From positions 768,001 through 832,000 of the forward strand of contig CAVOKF010000008.1 in the NCBI GenBank assembly GCA_963696385.1: 64,000 nucleotides of DNA. Direction: 5' to 3'. The notes under the pieces were generated by a model, which ran no database searches, was not told where the DNA came from, and saw only the letters and a list, made by a program, of their open reading frames with translations. This document shows positions 57,394 through 64,000 of this stretch, piece after piece (the first letter of the stretch is position 1; each line of letters begins with the position of its first letter). This DNA comes from an uncultured delta proteobacterium (GTDB lineage: Bacteria > Myxococcota_A > Polyangia > Polyangiales > Polyangiaceae). The position numbers and the translations under genes are program-made.

Positions 57394-57452
57394 AGCATAG
57401 TGTCACCGGGAACAATGTCAAGTCGTGCTGGATGTATGCCTGACATTGTCAA
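57394..57452 (-). promoter_or_regulatory. Sigma70-like promoter with palindromic operator boxes
   Basis: Minus strand TTGACA (57421-57416), 16 nt, TATGCT (57399-57394); palindrome TGACATTGTCA at 57441-57451 and a related box over the -35. Confidence 0.7.
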
Positions 57453-57595
57453 TTCGCTCTCGGAGTGCGACGAGCCGGAGCCGGCGCTGGCCTCAGCTCC
57501 AGCGCAGGCCGGGAAACGCAGACGACAGCGGGAAGCGGCTCACGTGCCGCTCCTCGGGCCCGGCGCCGCGCGCGCGGGCCCCGCGCAGGCACTCG

Positions 57596-57897
57596 CTATC
57601 CTCCGCCCCCGCCCGGCGGTGCGCCGTTGGTAGCGGCAGGAGCCTGCTTGGCGCGAAGTCTTTGGATCACGGCGACCGTTCGATCCCCGATGCCCGGCGT
57701 GAAGGCATCCTTGCTCGCGTCGATGTCGGTGAACTCGTACGCGACCTTTCCGTCCCAATTCGTCGTCGGCGTGAGCTGCAAGGTCGAGGGGTCTCCGTCC
57801 AGCTCAAGCTCCGTCGGCAGGGCCAGACGCCCCCGAACTGCCCCGAGGGACAGGCCGGTGAACGAAGCGATCTCCTTCGCAAGCCCCGTGGAGCCGC
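57596..57897 (-). pseudogene. Start-less C-terminal gene fragment, unknown family
   Basis: About 100 open codons (GLAKEIASFTGLSLGAVRGRLALPTELELDGDP...) with no plausible start or RBS. Confidence 0.35.
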
Positions 57898-58362
57898 TCA
57901 GTCCGTCTTGACGTACTTCAGATCGAAATCGAGCTCCCAGGTCTTGCCGTCTTCCGACTTCTGCCAGTGCGCCTCGATCGTGCGACTGTCGGTGCTGAGC
58001 CGCCCTTCGAAACGCTGGTTGAAGCCCGGCGCTTTCCTCCAGAGCCGCCAGACACCGTCCTCGAAGCTCATCTGGTAGACGCGCGAAACGCCGCGCGCGT
58101 CCGCGTAGAGGACGCTGTACTCCCCCGAAGTCTCGTCCCGTCCCATGAGCCAGCGAGCGTCCGGCGCGCCGTCCGTCCCACCCTGGTGGTGGACGAGGAA
58201 GTGACCGTCCTCAATCCACTCGAAGCGAGTGGCCCCACGAACGGTCGCAGGGCCACCGACCAGCTTGTGACTCTTTAGCGACCAACGGATTTCCATGTCC
58301 CATCGGCCCGAGAGCACCTCGAGCGGCTTGAGCGAGGGGTTCAACGCCACCATGGTCCTCAT
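57898..58362 (-). CDS. Hypothetical protein, DUF1579-like beta-barrel
   Basis: Strong RBS; LEVLSGRW, FEWIEDGHFL, DARGVSRVY, SEDGKTWELDF. Confidence 0.75.
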   Translation of the reverse strand: MRTMVALNPSLKPLEVLSGRWDMEIRWSLKSHKLVGGPATVRGATRFEWIEDGHFLVHHQGGTDGAPDARWLMGRDETSGEYSVLYADARGVSRVYQMSFEDGVWRLWRKAPGFNQRFEGRLSTDSRTIEAHWQKSEDGKTWELDFDLKYVKTD

Positions 58363-58986
58363 TGTTTGCTCCTCCTTCCTAATGGACGACGTACGGGCGG
58401 TCTCAGGATCGACAGCCGTGGAGCTGAGTCCAGCACTTTATCGGAACCGGGCCGCGCTTTCGGAGGCTGGGTAGCGGGCGTCACTTCTTCGGCTTCAGGC
58501 CCTTGAAGACCGACAGACGGGGCTCCTTGATGCCGCGCGCGCGATCGGCGTTCGTGACGACGTCGCCGGCGCGGAAGACGCGCTCGCCGAAGCGCACGTC
58601 CTTGCAGACGACGCCCATCGCACCGCGCTGGCCGGTGCGCGGCATCTCCGCGATCTCGCCGCCGCACGCGACCAGGAGCTCGTCGCTTGGCCAGCACGCG
58701 CGCGACTGGCGGCCAGGACCAATGGTTTACCCACCTGCCTTGCGGGCCCGTTTCGGCACGGTCACGGCAGTGAAAGAACCACCTCTGCTCGAGACACATC
58801 GTCGCACTCGCTCGCGCTCGCCGTGGCGCCGCTTTGGGGCTGGACTACGCCGCACGGCGTGCCTATGACCTGTTCGGTCGATCGAGGTCTCGTCCCAGGG
58901 ACTCTGCCCGTTACGGAGGACCCAACCATGTCGCGCCGCTCAAGCACCGGAATCCACCGCCGCTGGCGAATTCGAGGAGGCCCATG

Positions 58987-59484
58987 ATGAGTATTATCGA
59001 CGATGCGCTGAAGGCCAATCGCGAGTATTCGAAGAGGCACGACCGCAGGCTCGCGCAACGCCCGGCTCCCAGGATCGCCGTCGTCATGTGCATGGATCCC
59101 CGCGTTTCGAACCTGCCCGAAATCTTGGGGCTGCCGCTGGCGGACATGGACGTGATTCGTACCGGTGGACCGGCCGTCACGGAAGACGTTCTCGCAGAGC
59201 TCATTGTTTCTACTCGGGTGCTCGGCTCGAGGGAGATCCTGCTCCTCAACCATACCGGCTGCGGATTTACCACGTTCACGGATGACGAATTGAACGCTAG
59301 CCTCGCCGCCTCCACCGGTGATGCATCGCCGGCGCCGATGCGTTTCTTCTCCTACAAGGACCCAGCGCAACATACGCGCGAACAGATTAGGAACGTGAAA
59401 GCACATCCTTGGATCGCGAAAGACATCCCTGTGCGGGGTGTCGTGTTCGACATGGAGACGGGTCTGCTCGGAGAAATCGAGTAG
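58987..59484 (+). CDS. Beta-class carbonic anhydrase (clade D-like)
   Basis: CMDPR and HTGCG zinc ligands; RBS GAGGAGG. Confidence 0.9.
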   Translation: MSIIDDALKANREYSKRHDRRLAQRPAPRIAVVMCMDPRVSNLPEILGLPLADMDVIRTGGPAVTEDVLAELIVSTRVLGSREILLLNHTGCGFTTFTDDELNASLAASTGDASPAPMRFFSYKDPAQHTREQIRNVKAHPWIAKDIPVRGVVFDMETGLLGEIE

Positions 59485-59541
59485 GACGGCGGTCTCTCAG
59501 CGATCGGTGAGGAGGCAGGACATACCCAAGGAGATGCCGAC

Positions 59542-60447
59542 ATGCCGAGCGATGCCATGGAGCAAGTGATCGCCGCTCTCAGGGATCAGCAAATCGCGAA
59601 TGCCAGTCGGGCGGCGCCGCCGCTCAGCGAACGCCGTGCCACGTTCGCCCCTGCGGGCCGCGCTCATGCGATGCCTGACGACGTACTCGTGACGGAGGTC
59701 ACCGCTGGCGGTGTGCCCGCCCACTGGCTTGCGGCCCCCGAAGCGGACACCGGCCGGGTGCTTGTCTTCCTGCACGGCGGAGGTTTCGAGCTCGGGTCGC
59801 TTCGCAGCGACGGCGAGCTCGCCGCCCGGCTGGGACGAGCCAGTGGGATGCGCGTGCTGTTCCCCGAGTATCGCCTAGCCCCGGAGCATCCCTTTCCCGC
59901 TGCCGTCGAGGACGTCCGGGCCGCATGGCACTGGCTCCGCACCCAGCAGGGCCTGGACGCAAAGTCGATCGCGGTGGCTGGCGCATCGGCCGGCGGAGGG
60001 CTCTCGGTCGCCCTGCTCGTGGCCACGCGTGACGCAGGCGAGGAATTGCCCGCAGCCGCCGTACTCATGTCGCCGACGGTCGATCTGACCTGCTCGGGGC
60101 GGTCGATGACCGAGCGCGTCGGCCAGGATCCGCTCTCGACCCCTGCGATGCTCCGTCAGTTCGCCGCCGACTACCTGGCTGGTGCTGACCCCAAGTCTCC
60201 ACTGGCGTCGCCGCTGTTTGCCTCTCTGTCGGGGCTCCCGCCGCTTCTTGTGCAAGCGGGCACGGCCGACCTCCTGTTCAGCGATTCCGAACGTCTGGCG
60301 AAGGCAACGTCCGAAAGCGGGGTGGAAGTCACCCTGGAGATCGGCGAGGGCCTGCCGCACGTTTACCCGATCATGCTCGGCACCCCCGAGGCCGCCGAGG
60401 CCACCGAGCGGATTGGGAAGTTCCTGCGGGCGCGGGTTCGCGGATAG
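59542..60447 (+). CDS. Alpha/beta hydrolase, HSL/Aes-family esterase
   Basis: LHGGG, YRLAPEHPFPA, GASAGG, ASPLF, GLPHVY. Confidence 0.92.
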   Translation: MPSDAMEQVIAALRDQQIANASRAAPPLSERRATFAPAGRAHAMPDDVLVTEVTAGGVPAHWLAAPEADTGRVLVFLHGGGFELGSLRSDGELAARLGRASGMRVLFPEYRLAPEHPFPAAVEDVRAAWHWLRTQQGLDAKSIAVAGASAGGGLSVALLVATRDAGEELPAAAVLMSPTVDLTCSGRSMTERVGQDPLSTPAMLRQFAADYLAGADPKSPLASPLFASLSGLPPLLVQAGTADLLFSDSERLAKATSESGVEVTLEIGEGLPHVYPIMLGTPEAAEATERIGKFLRARVRG

Positions 60448-60654
60448 GCATCGGGAAGACTCCGAAGCAGCTCACTCGACGGCCAGCTCAGTGGGCGAAA
60501 GAACGCGATTTCCTATCGTGCAACAACGAGCGGATCGCCGACGAGCGCACACCGATCGACGACGATGGCGGGATAGCAAGCCCTCCGTGAAAGAGGGATT
60601 GCAGGCCTGCACAACGGGCTTAGCGATCGGGAGAATCGCGTGCTGCAGTCGAGC

Positions 60655-60861
60655 GCATCGGTCGCGCTCACCTCGCCGGCACGGCTTTGCTGCAGGCGAC
60701 TGAGGGAGGTTTACCCGATGACTCCGTGGCTCTGGCCTTTCAGATGCGCGCCGTGCCGAAGTCCGCGCTTCCTAACCCGTGTCCGCCCTTTGACCGAGAT
60801 GGAAATCTCGGAGCTCGAGCTGGCCACCGATGAGGCTCTGGGCCGCGTAGAACCGGAGTGA
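60655..60861 (+). pseudogene. Second PemK/MazF toxin copy, 5'-truncated and frameshifted
   Basis: RAHLAGTALLQATEGGLPDDSVALAFQMRAVPK...LELATDEALGRVEPE, near-identical to 52670-52871. Confidence 0.85.
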
Positions 60862-61251
60862 TCGAACTTTCGTATCGACGACGACGCGGACTTACGTTCC
60901 GCGGAGTCTTGCCGTCCTGTTCAAGTCGGGCTCGGGAGCGCTTGGAGCGACGGCGCGCACCTTCTCGTCCGACGAACGTAGCTCCCCCTATCGGCGCGTG
61001 CCCTGCCGTCCTACCGCCCCCCGGCCGGACCTACGAAGTTTCCGACACGTCGAACCTCGGGCTCAGATCACAGGGATCGGAGTGGCCGCTGACAAAGGTC
61101 CATGCAGCAGATGTCGATCCCCGCGAGCGTTTTCAGGAGCCTGCTAGAACAGGGCCGGCGCGCGAAGTGGCGCGTGGGGCCGGGCGTTGCGTTCTCAGTG
61201 GAGACGCCGTCCCATATGGCGCCATCCAACCGCGAAGGAGAGCGCTACATC

Positions 61252-62181
61252 ATGAAAGCTGCGCGAGTTCATCGATTCGGGCCGCCCGAGGTCATCACCA
61301 TCGAGGAGACGGCCACGGCGTTGCCCGGGGATGACGAGATCCTCGTGCGGGTGGCTGCGTGCGGTGTCGGACCCTGGGATGCCTGGGTGCGCGCTGGCAA
61401 GAGCGTCATCGAGCAACCGTTACCGCTCACTTTGGGCGCTGACCTGTCGGGCACGGTGACCCAAGTTGGTTCGGGGGTACGCGGCCTGTCCCTTGGACAG
61501 GCGGTGTTCGGCGTGACTAACCCCCGATTCACAGGAGCCTACGCCGATTTCGCCGTGGCATCCGCGGCCATGATCGCGCCCAAACCGCCGGGGCTCGACC
61601 ACCGTGCCGCTGCTGGGCTTCCCGTCATCGCAGCGACGGCACGCCAGATGGTCGACGACGAGGCACGCGTGGTCGCCGGACAGCGCGTCCTCGTGCACGG
61701 CGCTGGGGGCAGCGTAGGGTCGCTCGCCGTGCAGCTCGCCATGGCTCGCGGTGCGACGGTCGTCGGGACCAGCCCGCCGGGTGCGACGGATTACGTGCGT
61801 TCGCTCGGCGTGGAGCGCGTCGTCGATGGCACCGCCGAGGACTTCACGCGCGACATTGCCCCAGTGCATGCGGTGATCGACACAGTCGGAGGCGCCACGC
61901 AGGGCAAGTTGCTCGCGGCTCTCGCTCCCGGAGGCATCCTTGTGTCGTCGGTGTCGCAGCCCGACCCCGCGCTCACCGCGAAGTTGGGCGTTCGTGGCGT
62001 CTTCATCCTCGTGCGAGTGACGCGCCAGGCGCTCGTCGACATCGGGGCGCTCGCCTCGGCGGGCCGGCTCACCTTGCGACTCGCGCCGACGCTGCCACTA
62101 TCGAAGGCTCGCCTCGCGCACGAGATGCTCGAGGGCATCCCACGGCGGCCCGTCGGGAAGATGGTCTTGCAGCCCGAATGA
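61252..62181 (+). CDS. NADP-dependent oxidoreductase (MDR/quinone oxidoreductase family)
   Basis: MKAARVHRFGPPEV, GVGPWD, VLVHGAGGSVG, DTVGG, GKMVL. Confidence 0.92.
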   Translation: MKAARVHRFGPPEVITIEETATALPGDDEILVRVAACGVGPWDAWVRAGKSVIEQPLPLTLGADLSGTVTQVGSGVRGLSLGQAVFGVTNPRFTGAYADFAVASAAMIAPKPPGLDHRAAAGLPVIAATARQMVDDEARVVAGQRVLVHGAGGSVGSLAVQLAMARGATVVGTSPPGATDYVRSLGVERVVDGTAEDFTRDIAPVHAVIDTVGGATQGKLLAALAPGGILVSSVSQPDPALTAKLGVRGVFILVRVTRQALVDIGALASAGRLTLRLAPTLPLSKARLAHEMLEGIPRRPVGKMVLQPE

Positions 62182-62586
62182 TTTCGATCGCTGCGAGGGT
62201 TTTCGTCGAAGGTCACGGCGAGGACGCAATCGGTCAGGTCCGCGCCGGCAGTCCTCGAAGGATAGAGCGCGAAGGAGCCGCCCGAGAAGTTCTTCGGTCG
62301 CAACGGCCACCTTCGGCTTGCCGAAGATTTTCGCGACGACCTCGGGGGGGCCCAGTTCCTCCGATGGTGAGTCGCGTATGGGCGGTAGCGGTCTTCGGAA
62401 GACACTCGCCGAAGCCGCGCCCACGTTTCCCTGGACCGGGGCTTGCGCCTTGGATCATGCGTGCCCGCCATCATGGCCGCTCATGGCGAGCGTCGCGTTG
62501 CTGCGAGCTGGGGCCGTCCTCTACGCTCGCGACTTAGGGGCAGTGTAGACGCGCAGCCCAAACGTGCGGCTAAGCCTTGTCATCTC

Positions 62587-62724
62587 TCGCGCAGCATCGC
62601 GATGCCTTGGCTTTGGGCAATGGGTGGGCAATGCGGTAGAGCCGCGCCTGTAAGTCGCGCAGCATCGCGATGCCTTGGCTTTGGGCAATGGGTGGGCAAT
62701 GCGGTAGAGCCGCGCCTGTAAGTC
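62587..62724. repeat. Perfect 68-bp tandem duplication containing TGGGCAA direct repeats
   Basis: Identical units start at 62587 and 62655. Confidence 0.92.
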
Positions 62725-62754
62725 CCGGTAGACGAACGGCTTTCTGGCCCATAG

Positions 62755-62826
62755 AGCGGGAGAAGGGATTTGAACCCTCGACGTCCACCTTGGCAAGGTG
62801 GCACTCTACCACTGAGTTACTCCCGC
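62755..62826 (-). tRNA. tRNA-Gly (GCC), CCA not encoded
   Basis: GCGGGAG/CTCCCGC acceptor stem, D loop AGTGGTA, anticodon loop TTGCCAA, T loop TTCAAAT, discriminator U. Confidence 0.97.
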
Positions 62827-62865
62827 AAATCTCGGCAGAATGGAGCCCGAGAAGGATACCGGCAT

Positions 62866-62894
62866 CGTGTAGCGTGCTCGATCGGCAGTGTCAA
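62866..62894 (-). promoter_or_regulatory. Putative tRNA promoter
   Basis: Minus strand TTGACA, 17 nt, TACACG upstream of the tRNA. Confidence 0.4.
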
Positions 62895-62941
62895 CGCGCT
62901 GGCCATTGCACCGACGCCCCCCTAACGTCGGGGCGCCGAAT

Positions 62942-64000
62942 TCAGGCATAAAACCCGATGGCCGCGTGACTTACGATCGATCCGTCGTCTTCGTCCACGG
63001 TCTGTTCATAGTGGAGTAGGCGCCCGGTCGTGCCGGCGGCGTTCGATCCGACCGATCGCAGAAGCGACCAGATCGGCGCTAGCCCACACACACGGCGTTC
63101 GTCGAGATCGGCGACGACATGCGCCCAAAAACCGCTCGCGTCGAGCGCCACCGCATGCTCCAACGACATCCGATCGGCTCGCTCGAGGTTGGTGCGCTGC
63201 TCCGTGTCGTATGCGCGCGAATCGCCAAAGCGCGGACCGACGTGTGCGAGGTCCGCACCGGCCACGACAACGACGCGGCCCGCGCGGGCCTCGACCATCG
63301 CGCGCACGCCACCGATGAAGCGCGCGATACGGGCATCCGTATCTGGCGCTTCGCCGCTCGCCTGCTGCGTGCCCAAGCCGGCCAGGACAGGGACGATGCG
63401 AAAGGGTCGACCCTTCAGCAAGTGCTTGAGAAAGACCACCTGGAATTCGAGCGAGTGCTCGCGCTTGTGGTTGAACTGATCGGCGTACGGGTCGAAGCCG
63501 TCGGCGAGCGCAGCAAGCGAGTCGATGCTCTCGGCGTCGGCATCGACAGGTCCGAGCGGTGTGCCGAAGGCCTTGCGGCACAGCGCGAACGGCTCGCGCA
63601 TGGGGGCATGCGACGTTCCAAAGACAACAAACGTGTCGGCGTCCGGCGGCAGCGAAGCGCGCATGGCCCCATACGCGTGACCGTAACCAACCGCACCCCG
63701 CCACGGGTCGATGTGGGGTGCGATGAGTCCCACCAGTCGCCCTTGTCCTGGGACGGCGGCGCCATTGGCTCGCGCGAGACACGAATCGTCGATGTAGCGC
63801 TCGAGCGCACGCCCGTCGCCATGATAGGCGCCGCCGGCATGCGAGGCCGGACGAACGGAGGCGGCAGCGAACTCGCGTTCGACTCGAGCGCGTGCGGCAC
63901 GAAACGATGGTCCCTGCAGAAAGAGACCGCGCTCGAGTTCGTCGGCCAACCTGACGACAACCTCGACGGGCACGGGCTGGCCCATCTCGTTCGAAGCCTC
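62942..64000 (-). CDS. amrB: AmmeMemoRadiSam system protein B (MEMO1 family); 5' end outside window
   Basis: HAGGAY, IAPHID, GTSH, EHSLEFQ, ADLAHVGPRFGD, VCGLAP. Confidence 0.92.
   Translation of the reverse strand, partial: EASNEMGQPVPVEVVVRLADELERGLFLQGPSFRAARARVEREFAAASVRPASHAGGAYHGDGRALERYIDDSCLARANGAAVPGQGRLVGLIAPHIDPWRGAVGYGHAYGAMRASLPPDADTFVVFGTSHAPMREPFALCRKAFGTPLGPVDADAESIDSLAALADGFDPYADQFNHKREHSLEFQVVFLKHLLKGRPFRIVPVLAGLGTQQASGEAPDTDARIARFIGGVRAMVEARAGRVVVVAGADLAHVGPRFGDSRAYDTEQRTNLERADRMSLEHAVALDASGFWAHVVADLDERRVCGLAPIWSLLRSVGSNAAGTTGRLLHYEQTVDEDDGSIVSHAAIGFYA

Larger units (their letters stand above)
53596..62797. mobile_element. Degenerate genomic island integrated at tRNA-Gly(GCC); no integrase visible
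   Basis: Bounded by direct repeats of the tRNA 3' half; contains accessory cargo and gene fragments. Confidence 0.8.

Noticed and set aside
57377..57421. TTG start at 57421 for the first QueC-operon gene, as given by the ORF track
   Set aside because: That TTG is the -35 hexamer. ATG 57376 has an AGGA RBS and lies downstream of the -10.
62587..62724. CRISPR array
   Set aside because: Only two directly abutting identical units with no spacers and no cas genes.

Overview
High-GC bacterial chromosome segment. The gene content points to Myxococcota (Polyangiaceae-like): many Cys-rich lipoproteins with D-[AG]-G low-complexity linkers, a PilZ protein, Sel1 and RCC1/LRR proteins and a Ser/Thr kinase remnant. 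Positions 1-46.3 kb look like core genome. They carry Prx6, dinB, an orphan type IV pilin, TolC, an MFS transporter, the methionine-salvage cluster mtnB-D-C-A, a metallophosphoesterase next to a MauG/BthA-like diheme protein, several secreted CxxCH proteins, a Cys-rich lipoprotein/two TlpA/outer-membrane barrel operon, and trpS with a 100-bp MITE-like element at its stop codon. Positions ~46.3-62.8 kb are a decayed accessory region downstream of tRNA-Gly(GCC). The tRNA 3' end recurs at 53596 and 51968, consistent with tandem att scars, and the region is full of pseudogenes (kinase, SRPBCC, IS1634, two PemK/MazF copies, an RRM protein). The most notable element lies inside the tRNA-proximal island: an intact, translationally coupled four-gene operon encoding a small unknown protein, a QatC-like QueC enzyme, an XRE-HTH + ImmA/IrrE zinc peptidase and a PIN nuclease. 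It has its own sigma70-like promoter and palindromic operators, and is a candidate undescribed QueC-based defence or toxin-antitoxin system. All family calls come from motif recognition by eye; no searches were run.
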